DNA of 61,621 nt, the filler included, from Trichosphaerium sp. ATCC 40318 (taxonomy: Eukaryota > Protista > Tubulinea): the NCBI GenBank assembly GCA_038496445.1. It is 4 parts of 4 records of this genome, joined end to end, with 100 filler letters (N's around TTAATTAATTAA, not from the genome) between each part and the next. Parts side by side here need not be neighbours in the genome. Positions count along the whole stretch, not along the records: positions 1 to 27,158 come from JALMLS010000258.1; 3 more parts are not named here. One strand, 5' to 3'. A program made the position numbers and the translations under genes. Within the stretch, counting starts at the first letter, position 1. Every line of letters begins with the position of its first letter. Shown piece by piece: positions 10,801 through 22,429 of the stretch. Below the pieces are notes generated by a model. The model was not told the DNA's origin. It saw nothing but the letters and a program-made list of their open reading frames with translations, and did not search any database.

Positions 10801-13800
10801 TGAAAATTTTAGACCTGCACATGTGTGTGAAATCTTCTGTGATGGATTGGTTATGTTCTTTGCATAGAGTACAGAAGGTGTCAGGGTATTTGATTTGGTT
10901 TACAAGTTGATATGCTTGTAAAGGACCTTTAGATTTACTATTTTTGTGTTGTAATTTATTTAAAGGGAGTGTATTAGTGCGAACTCTAAGTAGCCATTTT
11001 TTTATTGTGTTTCTAATAAAGGTATTGCTGGTAAATGTTGATATTGGGAGGTTAAGGTTAGTTCTCGATCTACCGTTATCGAAAGAGTTTTGTTGGAGTT
11101 TTTTTATGTGTTTGTTATGGAGAAGTTCTTTGAGTTTTAGGAAGATATTGCCAGTGATTGTTGCGTCATTGGAGCGAATGGTCCATGGTTCCGTTCCTAT
11201 AGGTGTGTGTGTAGACGGTGTGACTGGTGTTTTAGTTATGGCTGCAGCTTTATCCGCAAGATGGTTAAGATCTATGAACAATTTAAGAGTTTTTTTGTCG
11301 TATTTGTTTATAATTTGTTTAAAGCGTGTTTGAACTGATGTTTTGTTATATTTTGTTTCGTCCTCTAGAGTGTGACTGGGAATCCATTCTAATTTGGTGA
11401 GGCCAGAGCGTAGTTGTAGTTGTTGGTGTATGCGATTGAGAGTGTGTGAGTGTTCAATTTTACGTTTTTTGTTGAGTGGCAGTGAAGGCCAGTTTTCTAT
11501 GCCAAGTATCGCTGATGTGGAGTCGACTATAAATAGTAGGTTAGATTCCAGTGGTGTTAGTTTGAGTGCAGTTTCTATAGCTTCTAGTTCTGCGTTAGTG
11601 GATGAGTGGTTGAAGAGTACTGTATTGTTAAATTTGAAAATCTTGTTGAGTACTATGCCAAAGTAGGCTCCTTTATTTGTAACTGATCCGTCAGTAGCTA
11701 TAAGGTTGAATCCTTTGACTTGGTGACATTGGTTTTCAAAGGTTGCTTTATTTATTCAGTTGATTTTGTGCTCAGTTTTTTTTATGTTGTTATCGTTGAT
11801 ATGTGATATTCGTAGGTTGAGGTTTTGGAGGAATGAGGCGGCAATAGGAGTAGTGTGGTTTGGGTTTGGGTGTTTGTGTGCGTCTTGAACGCTGATATTA
11901 GTGACTAGGTGGGTGATTGGGTTTGTACAGTTGAGACCGTTGTTGATGAAGTTGCTAAGAAATCCAGCGGTTTGTAGGTCTGATAAGGAGTCTAGACCAA
12001 GTCCAGTGTGTTTAATGAAGAGTCGTTCTGGTTTGATTCTCCATGGGATGCGAGCATCTATGCGTAAGAGGTCGGCTGCTGCCTTGTCACATTGTTTGAG
12101 AAGTTTGTGGTTTATTTTTGTGGCGTTGGATATAAAGGTGATACCAGGGTTGATAACTCGGTTTATGATGGTGGTTTTTTGGAAGGTGTTGAATTTTCTG
12201 AAGCGTATGAGTGATAGTCCTGCTGCGTGTCTACGTTTGACTTCTTTGTTCTGGTCTTCGCTATTTAGGTTTAGGTTAATTAGGATTCCTAGGTCTTTGT
12301 AAGATTCGTTGGGGTGAAGGAAAGAGATGAATTTTTTGTTTGCTTTTGGAGGTGGGTATAGGTTAAAAGGATTGGTTCTGGAGATGTACGAGAAGGCTGA
12401 TTTTTTTTCATTGATTCTCATTCCGTAGAATGAGCACCATTGTTGTAGTTTGTTATACATTGCTAGGGCATCTTCGTATGTTTCAGCTATCAATTTTATG
12501 TCGTCAGCATAGGCTATAATTGGGACTCTAGTGTTGGTATTTGGGATTTTGTAGCCACAGTTCATATTTTCTATTTCTTTTATAAGTGTATTGGCGAAAA
12601 GAGTGAAAAGGATAGGACTTAAACCATCACCTTGTTTAATGCCCTTTTCAATATTGACTTTTCTTTTACCTACTGGGAGCTGGATGTTAGCTTTGTTTTC
12701 AACGAATAAGCTCAGGACTGTTTTCCTAAATTCTTTGTCAAAGCCTTGATGTTTCAGAGCGTGGTTGAGTGCCCAGTACTCTACTGAGTCATAAGCTTTG
12801 GAGAAGTCAATGTAAATTACAAATATGTTTTTATTGTTTGCTTCCGCACTTTCAATGATGTGACGGTATGTTCTTTGGGCCATGTTTATGTTGCGGTCTT
12901 GGTAGAAACCGTATTGTGCGTCAGTCATTATTTTGTGTTTTTTTATTGTGTCTGTGAGTCGTTGGTTTATCATTTGGGTGTAAATTTTGTACATAGAGTT
13001 GAGGAGTGCTATTGGTCTATAGTTTAGGGGGTTATGTATGTTACCTTTTTTTTGTAGGAAGATGAGGTTGCTGGTTTTCCATTCCTCTGGGATGGTTTTA
13101 GACGCTCGGCAGTAGTTGTAAACAGTAAGTAGTTGTTCTTTGATTGTTGGTGGGAGGTTTTTGTATACTTCCATGCTTAGGTTAGAGGTACCTGGCGCTT
13201 TGTATGCTTTTAGTTTTTTTATGGCTTTGTCCATTTCTTCTTTTGTGAAGTTGGTGTTAAGATGTTTGTTGTCGAAGTTTAAGCGGTTGGAGTTAAACGA
13301 TTGAGGAATTAGGTTTTTTGGAATACGTTTTTTGAAAGGGTTTGGGTGAAAAGGGTGTGGGTATTCACTGGCAAATAATTGTTGCCAAGCGTTGGAGAAA
13401 ATTGTGAGAATTTGAGTGGGACTGAAGAAGATGGTTTTAATTCCGTTACTAACTCCTTCTATGTATCTGATGAATTCTGATGAATTGTTCTTGTTTTGTT
13501 CAAAGCGTTTGATGTTGCGAATGCGTTTAAATAGAGCTCTTGATGTTTGTTCAGTTAATTTATCACAATATCTGTCTTTTTGGATTTTGAACATTTTCTT
13601 TTTACACGCTTTTTGCCAGGTAATGTAGATGTCTTTGTTTTTATCTATTATTTTTATCAAGTTTGAAATGTTTGAAGACGGATTTACTGTTTGTGGTAGC
13701 AGGTTGATTCTTGGGTGGTCATTGTTGTTTTTAATTCGTTTATTGATTTCAGCTATATTTGCATTAATAATGCCAAATCTATGGTTATCTAGTAGCAGTC

Positions 13801-13830
13801 TAGAAATAGCTCGTGTATGAAGTAGGTTGA
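7890..13830 (-). mobile_element. 5'-truncated non-LTR retrotransposon (RT + RNase H + Cys/His zinc motif), interrupted by a DNA transposon
   Basis: RT motifs KAPG, YRPIAL, IDFSKAYDSV, GIKQGDGLSP, AYADD. In frame after one TGA (11756-8) comes RNase H (ATDGS, AELEAI, IVDS, WIPSH, NHLADKAA), then CTLC...HMC. The ORF resumes at 8925 and ends at TAA 8332. Candidate TSD CTACGTAGAAA at 7879-7889 and 13831-13841. No endonuclease domain is present. Confidence 0.9.
8926..10817. mobile_element. Non-autonomous DNA transposon, CAGG-end family, 1.9-kb variant
   Basis: TIR CAGGTCTGAAAATT / AATTTTAGACCTG, TSD CA/CA, subterminal ATGGTAT(T/A)ATACCAT arrays. Removing it restores the retroelement frame (CAC ATG TGC ATT). 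Confidence 0.85.
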
Positions 13831-13883
13831 CTACGTAGAAAAATGTGAAATACCAAAAACGTGATAATTACGGCATACTCAGC

Positions 13884-15150
13884 ATGAATAGTTTCAAAAT
13901 TGTATTACTGGGCGGTGCTGGCGTAGGTAAATCGTGTTTATGCCTGCAGTATCTGCAGGGGAAGTTTGTAGAGGACTACGGTACGTACAACTGAAGAGAA
14001 ATTAAACAAAAAATCGATGTTCCTTTGTGGCGGTGACATGCTCGCTACTGAATAGTGGCGTTATCAGCTCCTTCAAAATTAATAATATAGTAATAACCGC
14101 TCAAGCTACTTCAAAATTATATTAGACCACGTGTGAGGAATAAATAGCTTGCGGTTTGGACGAGAGTTTTGGATTTTTTTTTTTTTTTTTGTTTTATTCG
14201 TTTAAACCATCCCTATTGTAGACCCACGTGCTAATTTTTTATTTTTTTACACTTCAGACCCAACATTAGAGGATTCTTATCGTAAACAAGCGAGTGTAGA
14301 TGATCGCGACTATGTTTTAGATATTTATGATACTGCAGGTATTCACCGAAGGATATTTATGGTTTCACCATCCAAAAGGGACTTGTTTTTTACAAACAAG
14401 CCTGGTCCACTGGACCGTTTTTTTTTTTTTCTCTTTTTTCTTTTACCGGTAGTGTACGTCTTTGTTTTCTCAATTTCCTTCTTCAGGTCATGAAGATTTT
14501 TCAGCTGTAAGAGATTGTATTACGAGAGGAGGTGATGGATTTATATGTGTATACTCTGTAACTGACATGGTACGTCTTGTTTGTAGTATAAGAGTGGTTC
14601 TCGTGGAAACAACGTGAACTTGCTTTTGGTGTTACCATTTACAGTTAAAATATTTCCGCAGGAGACGCTCCAACTCGTTGAAGGATTACATGAACACGTG
14701 TTGGCTATTAAGGATAAAGAGTCAGACGAACTACCTTTTGTCATGGCTGGAAATAAATGCGATTTAGTAAAAGCCCGAGAAGTTGAGACGGAGACAGCTG
14801 TAGCTCTAGCTACTAAATTAAATGTTCCACACTTTGAAGGTATCTAAAACAACAAAGACAAAATATCTTTTTTTTTAATACGAAGCGTGTTATCACTAAA
14901 AAGCCTTAGTATCGGCAAAAACACGCTTGCACGTGATTGATACTTTCGAGTCAATCATTAGAGAGATGGTACGAGACTAAGGAACTAACAACAATCTTTT
15001 TTTTTTGTTCCGCAATTATCACGTGTTACACAACTTTATTTTTGTTTTCTGGTTTTTTAAGATGGCTCGTAGGTTCGTATAAACGCCATGCGAAAGAAGT
15101 CTTTCTCAGGACCTAGCAAGCACGATAAACGTCGTTGTGTTGTACAGTAA
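13884..15150 (+). CDS. ras: Ras-family small GTPase, multi-exon
   Basis: [23 protein letters not shown](H), NKCD, SAK, CaaX end RRCVVQ*. Confidence 0.93.
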
Positions 15151-15566
15151 ATTAAAAGAGTTACATGTATTTTTCAAACGTTTAGGTTTTTTTTTTAGAT
15201 CTTCTTTACGCCCACTTACGCTATTGGTTGGCGTATTAAACCTCAGAAAAAAATTTACTCTTTGTAACTCAAGTTGCTAAATCAATCGTCAGAGCATGTT
15301 TTAGGAGTATTCTTTGTCTGATTTGTGATGTGTGGAGAAACTGGAGGGCTAACAAGCAACTTAGTGTTGGTACCCCTTTTATCTCCTTAAAGTAGTCTAG
15401 CAATGAACTAACATGCGTGATCACGCGTGTAGTGTTGCGTCTGCTTGTTTTCGGAGCGATAAACGAGATAAAAGTCTGTTTTTGTTTTTGACGATCAAAA
15501 TCGGCGAAAATTCAGGACGAAGAAAGAGGAATTCGTTTGGCGTAGTGGCAGCTTAAAGAGAAACTC

Positions 15567-17640
15567 ATGTATACTTCTACGTGCGGTTTGTCGTATTGTT
15601 GCGTTTTGTGTGTCATCGTATGCTTGCTTTCTTTCTTTAATGTTGTGTTAACACTCGTACGGCTAGGTTTTGGCGTATGCTTTAGTATCCGATGCTCAAG
15701 GTAGGTTGAATTTTTGATAAAACGTTTGGTGACGTTTTATTCCATTAGGCATACCTGCAACCGCTGTTTTACATCAAAAGCACATTATTTTACGACATGG
15801 CAGTCGCGAAAATACAAATGATAGCAGCAGCGACCTACACGCTCGCGATGGTAAACTAACAATACGGGGAAGGCATCAGGTTAGTATTAGCATCAAGCAG
15901 TGTTGTTTTTACTCCACAGAACTTTGAACCGTTTATACACGCGTATACAACTCACACGAAGCACCAGCACTTTGTATTAGGCGGTTATCTCCGACAACTT
16001 TACATTGAAGGCGCAACGACCAAAATAGATGGTATTGATACTGTATTTAATGAGGATCAAACAATCGTGAGGTCAACTGACTTTGAAAGGACGCTCATTT
16101 CTGCACAGAGGTAAATCTTTTTTTTTTTTTTTTTTTTTGAAAGTAATTTATTTTTGGTTGTTTATTAACAAGTTTGCGTGCGCTTGTAGTTTGCTCCTTG
16201 GATTATACCCACCAGTAAATCAAACAATTCAAACATCAAATGGAGATGTATTTTCTTCACCATTTGATATACAACTAGTACCTATTCATACTGTAAGAAG
16301 TGAGGATGATGCATTGTTGCGTGGGTTTGATTCTTGCCTTAAAATAGAACAAAATTTGTATGTTAGTTTCAAAGAACAAATCAACTTTGACTCATTCATC
16401 ACCCTCATAGGAATACGTTCATAGCCTCCAATACGTATAAATCTAGACAAGCAGAAGAATCTGTATTCCTCAAGTCTGTTGAAGATGCAACATCTTGGGC
16501 AGAGACAATCGAAGTGCAGAACAGTCAACAAGTGTACGAAATTAGTTTTTTTTTTTTTTTTTTCAGTAAAAACCTCTTTTTTACATTCGTTTTGTAGATG
16601 GGATTATTTGAATGTCAGGCGTCTTTATAGTTCTCTTCCAAATATCATAAGTGATAATGACTTTGAACGATTGACTACAATTGTAAATTGGTGGGAGAAC
16701 GAGAAATACAGTCACGACATTGTTGGTACAAAAACGCTAAGATGCAAATCCGAATTCTTGTTCTTATGCTCGTGCAGGTGATGCTGGTGCAGGTATGCTT
16801 GTTAGTCAAATTTCAGACACTATGGATGACAACCTTAACTTAATCAATTCCGAAAAGGTAACGTCCAGTATATAACCAACAACCAAAGTTGTTTGGCATG
16901 CCATTTCCATTGTCTGATTGTTGATATTTCTTTTTTAGCTGTTTTTGTATTTTGGACATTTCCCTACATTGAAATCCTTGGTTTCTCTTCTTGATTTGGA
17001 TAGAGGAAGAGATAGTTCCCTATTTGGTATACCAGACTATGCATCATTCATCTCAGTGAATCTATGGCTTGATGGAAGCAGTGGATATGTCTCTGTTGAT
17101 TACAGAAACGGAGATGATGCTTTGGTTCAGAATATCAAGGTTGCCAAGTGTGCAACAGCGCCTTGTACTTTTACAGAGTTCAGAGATACTATTGCATCAG
17201 AATTATCAGTTAAAAATTTGGTCGATTGGCATTTGTACTGCCGTGTGTTGTACGATTGATATTTTTCTGATTTTATTCTTAAAAAACATATTTCTTTGAA
17301 AACTCTGTTATTTCTGTACAAATTGTGCTCACGTGTATTTTTTTTAGCACAATTCAAGGATTTGCAAAGAGTACACTTGGAGAAGTGGTAAGTATTTATA
17401 TTTTGATTTTACAGAGTTAGTGTTGTGTTTGGTTTAATGGGATTTGTCTAGATTATCATAATGACATTTGTTGTTTTATTTGCGGCAATCATCATTGCTG
17501 TAAACGTACTCTTCTGTAAAAAACCTAAAGTTCAGCCAACCGCAACAAGTAACAATCAACCTGACGATAATGATTCAGTTGCCAACAATGATGATGATGA
17601 CGATGATATAGAGGCTATTGAACTTGATGAAAAGTCATAA
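15567..17640 (+). CDS. Histidine acid phosphatase (lysosomal/prostatic type) with signal peptide and C-terminal TM
   Basis: RHGSR motif (~15792), LTIRG, RSTDFERTLISA, LLGLYPP, PDYAS; TM and acidic tail. Confidence 0.85.
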
Positions 17641-17879
17641 ATTAATTTGGTTTTTTTTACAACCGATTTTTTTTTCGAGGCACGACTCTCCTCTTGATGT
17701 AAATGTACATAAAGTTGCTTGTTCAGTTGTAAAATACAAATTAAAATTGTGCACGTGCTTGGTCCAGTGAACTATTTGGATGTCTCGGCTAAATGACATT
17801 TGTCCGCACAAGAAACTGTATTTACCCGTTTAAGTCAACTTTTTTCATTGTCTGTCATACCATAAAAGTAATCACAACA

Positions 17880-18918
17880 ATGGATGACCATATGGAATTA
17901 CGTATGAGAAGTAAATCAAGTACAAAGATACCTTCAAATCAAAACCAAGAAAAAAATAGAATCAAACCAAACAGAAAATCCTGGCTAAGTGAACGCAACC
18001 TAATAACCCTACAAGCTGGTACAAAGTTACAGTAAACCACATGTGTTTACTCATTATTGTGCGCAGTATCTGGATTGGTTTTTGCAACCTTTCTAAGCGT
18101 ACACTTGGTGTCTGCTTTCGCATGTAATTTTGGACCAGAGTATATGCTCGCTATTCAGGTAACCGGCTTGTGCATGCTATATATTCTAATAGTATTCTAG
18201 AACGTGTTGCGAACCTATTACCAATATCCCATGATAGAGCTTACAGCGATTGTAGCAGCTCTTGGTGTACACCTATTCTCATCCGTCATACGCTGGAGAA
18301 GACGTCGAAAGGCACTATCTCAAGTGTCTTGGGCTTCACGGTTACACAGATACTCAGCGTACGTTCTATCAACCGCTAAACCACGTGTTTTCTATTTGTG
18401 ACTTTTTATAAGGTACTTCCTACTATTTGAACTTACTCCACACGTGGGATTTGCACGTGTATTCCCGTTTCTTTATAATTTTTCGGCAAACTACTATTTT
18501 GTCCATTTGAGTATTGTTTACTGGCCTTACTATTTTTACCCGTACTATGCACTCCTCGCAGCTTGTGGGTAAGTATAATTCAGTCTATAAAACCCTTTGT
18601 AGCCATGACTGCCTATTCAGGTTCTATCACATGGCGTATGGAGTCGTCAAAGCGTTGAGAGTTTTAGGCATTAAGATACCTCAACAAACTTCTTTGAATA
18701 GCAATTACTTTTTAGTCTTGGCTTTGATTGGTCTTCTTGTTTCTATTTCGACGGTACGTGACACGTGCACATGTAATTTTTTCTTTATGTGTTTCTAGAC
18801 TATTGCTTTGGGTGGAAATTATGTAGCAAACGATGCTTTGGACCTCAGTGAGTTTCCTTTGTTTAAGAGCAAATACGAAGAAATAACGCCTGCTGCGTTT
18901 TTACCATGGAAAAATTGA
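17880..18918 (+). CDS. Multi-pass membrane protein of unknown function
   Basis: Chain of hydrophobic exons with GT-AG introns; ATG 17880, TGA 18916-18918. Confidence 0.5.
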
Positions 18919-18989
18919 ATGTTGAAACCAACAAAAACTAAAAGTTGCTTGCTGCAGTACATACTTTTTTGTTTTTATAAACAATTTGT

Positions 18990-20420
18990 CTATAACTCGT
19001 TTAGCGGTTTTGTATCGCTGTAATTTGATTGTATTAAAGCAACCTCTGTATCTTCAAAAGTGCCTGCTAACATGTGAGTTAAATTACAAAAAACAGAAAA
19101 AAAAACTCTGAGAATCTTACCATTATTTGTTGATGAATCATCATCGTCCAACAACTTTTTATCATCATATTTTGTATCACGTTCATGTACTTCAACAACA
19201 CGTGCTAATTTGGATAGTTAAACGAGACAAAAAATAAAATATAAGAGTACCTGTGTAGCGCCACCATATGACATACAAAAGAATTGATGATAAAACAAAG
19301 ATGCTAAAAGTTACTCCAAATCCAGGCCACCCTAAAGGATAACACTTAATACAATATAGCTTGGGTATTACATTATAATAGCATACTTTGAAGGGAAGCA
19401 CAAATAGCAAATAAAAAGAGTGATACTTGAAACGGCCATGCAACAAAGTACGCTGTGATCGCATCTCGAACATTTTCAGCGAATATCAGTTTTTTAGTTG
19501 TTCTTGTCAACCGCCTGCTCTGTTTTGGCCAATATCCTGGAGGCCTCGTTTGTTTATAAAACTAAAAAAAACTAGATGTTAATCACGTGTTCACCAAGTT
19601 TTGGCAGTGGTACTTCGTGTGACCACAATACAGTAAGCAAAACAGTAAACATACATTAAACAAAACTTGTTCATCTGTTGGTGACGATAGATACATTCCA
19701 ACAATCATACAGATCAAAGAAGCGCCTACTGACTATTTCTAAAGTTAACACACCAACATGGAACTACTACAGGTCATTTTTAGAGAACACGTGCCCAAAG
19801 AAGAGACATGTATGTCGGACTGTTTCTGAAGGCGAAATGTTGTATAGTCGCAGCGGCCATACCTCCTATAGTGCCTATATAATACAGTTAATAAAGCCCT
19901 ATTCTGTGTAACTCTTTTTTGACCTAACCTGAAGCATAAGCGATACCTATATAGTTGTCATATTAGAATAGAATGCGAAAAATGTAATGTATGTACCATT
20001 GACTCTCCAATAAAACCATCTTGCAACCATTGGCACGTACAATGCAGAACTCAATGCAACTTGTAGAAATCCCCATACATCATTAATATTAGAGAAAGCG
20101 AGACTGACAGCCTATTACATTTGGTAGTCGAAAGCTGATTGTACAAAAGAATCCAAAAGACAAAAAAAAAAGAATGCTTACTACACCTGCAACCGTGATG
20201 ACTAGAGATGATACACGACTATGTATTAATAGTTTTGTTTGTGATGCTCTAGGGTTAATAAAAGCTTGGTATATATCTTTGACATAGTACGCAGCACCAG
20301 CGTTCACATTGCTAAGAAAAAAGAGTTTGAATTCAATTTTTATGCTCATAGATTTGTTTAGTCTCACGAACCTATCAAAAGTAGACATCCCTGCAGCGAC
20401 AAATCCGCTCACGAGGAACC
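18990..20420 (-). pseudogene. Sodium:solute symporter (SSS/SLC5), C-terminal half only
   Basis: SGFVAAGMSTFDS.VNAGAAYYVKDIY...SR (SSS signature) and further TM exons to TAG 18990; no room or sequence for the N-terminal half before the GH16 fragment. Confidence 0.7.
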
Positions 20421-20707
20421 TACAGATATATCAATTACCAGATACAGTTCTATCACGTTTTGGCCCTGACAGCAAGAATCAACACGAAGAAAACTTTTTC
20501 GTTCAGGTTCGTTAGTTTACATTTGGAGTAAATGTGCACGTCATAGATACATCCTCACGTTATATAAAATTTATTGGTTGAACTATAAAAGTACCAATGT
20601 ACTGTAAAAGATAACGAAAAGTGGAAAGTACTTCCTATCTACATGGCAATTGTTGTGGTCTTTTGTATATCTTATATCGTCAGATTGTAACATTTTTTGT
20701 TTTACAG

Positions 20708-21738
20708 CAATCTGGCTCCTTCCTAAACACCAAAATTACGGTGATTGGCCTGCTTCCGGAGAGATTGATATTGTTGAGAGTAGAGGAAACGGTCCAGACT
20801 ATCCTTGTGATTCTGGTGTTAACGCAGTATCATCAGCACTCCATTGGGGACCATTTTGGTACTTTTGAAAACTCCGAGACTTGAAGATTCTGTAATTTAC
20901 TTATCGATTTTAATAGGCCTTCTCGCTGGCCTCTTACGAATGGAGAGTACAAAAAACCCAGTGGTACATTTGGTGATGGATATCACGTGTTCACTCTCGG
21001 TAAGATTTTTTTTTTGTCACGTGATATACAGATTGCTTACGATACATTAGAATGGTATGAAGACTACATAAAAACATCTGTTGATGGTACAGTTCAACCT
21101 GGCTTGCTATTTCTCCAATTTTTATAAATGAATAGGAAATGAGATTATGTATATCGATATGACCTCTGAGTCATTCTTTCAGCGTGGTGGTTATACATCT
21201 GATATCAAAAATCCATGGGAGGTAAAAAACCAAGCAAAACAATTTTTGGAGTTTTTTTCTAAGCTTACTTTTTCACCAAGGATCGTAAAAACAACGCTCC
21301 TTTTGATGAAGATTACTACCTCATATTTAATGTTGCTGTCGGTGGTACAGGAGGTATGTAAAAACATGATTTTAAAAGAAATTAGTGATTGACGCTTGTA
21401 TAACCTCTTTTTTTTCAGGATTCTTTGAAGACTGTCCAGGAAAGAAGCCTTGGATAAACTTGTCATCAACTGTATGTCATTTTATTATTTAAATTGTTAC
21501 TCTTACAGGCTTACCATTTATCAAGGCTATGGCTGATTTCTGGGACGCCAAAACACAATGGGTTGATACTTGGAAACTCAATGATCCTTCTCACCCAAGT
21601 GCCATGCAAGTCGATTGGGTCAAGTGCGTACTTATTTCTGTTTTCAATCAAACTAACTTGGACTTTCAAAAAAAAAGGGTATGGTGTGATCCTGCTGATT
21701 CTAGATGTGCTAAGAAAGACCCTATTATTGTCGAATAA
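20708..21738 (+). pseudogene. GH16 beta-1,3-glucanase/glucan-binding protein lacking its N-terminal exons
   Basis: AIWLLP..YGDWPASGEIDIVESRGN, LHWGP, APFDEDYYLIFNVAVGGT, MQVDWVK. The preceding GDWLWP exon and signal peptide were not found upstream. Confidence 0.75.
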
Positions 21739-22429
21739 AATATTATATGTCTTGACCTCTAAATCTTCGGTTTACTACTCGCCATTACTGCCTCTATTTT
21801 ATGGTATAGTACTGAGTTTGTTTACAGCCCTTTGATAGTACATTCTTAAGTTTAAAGTCACCAATGATTTGGTGACGAGTTTCAGAAAATCAGCAAAAAG
21901 TGTTGCATCTTACATAATTTTGTAACGACTCAAAGCGTGTTGAGTGAACCCTACATGAACAAGAACTCGGGTATCGTTTGTATGGACGCCTAATTCAGTT
22001 TTCTAGACGAGAACGTTGACTTAGCTCTTCCATTCCTTCTTTTGGTACTGACGTGTTTTACAAGCAAATATTGTAAGCACCTTGCTAGAACATTGACATG
22101 CGTTATTTGAGTGATCGGCTCACTACGGAAGTCCAATCACTTCACTTCATTGAACGAGCCTCATTGATCAAGAGTTAATTGCTCGTATTTTGAAGCTACC
22201 ATTTCTGTACCTATAGTCAAGATAAAAGAGCCTCCGAAAAAACCGAAATAGCTTCATTGAAAAGATTTATAACGTTTATAGGAAGTACACCTACACCACT
22301 TTCTAGTAATTTTCTGTGACAAAACAATGAACGCGAAAAAGAAACAAATCATAGAAACAAATGTACAAGCAACAACAACAGCTTGAACAAAGAAAACAAA
22401 CAAAGCCTTATCTCAACTTAAAAACGTGC

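Noticed and set aside
11756-11758. Alternative genetic code (TGA = Trp)
   Set aside because: Conserved Trp codons in the window are TGG, and TGA terminates other genes such as the EF-1alpha paralog.
10784-13660. RT plus MORN-repeat genes as a diversity-generating retroelement
   Set aside because: The RT is non-LTR type with RNase H, and I found no template/variable repeat pair with adenine-specific differences.
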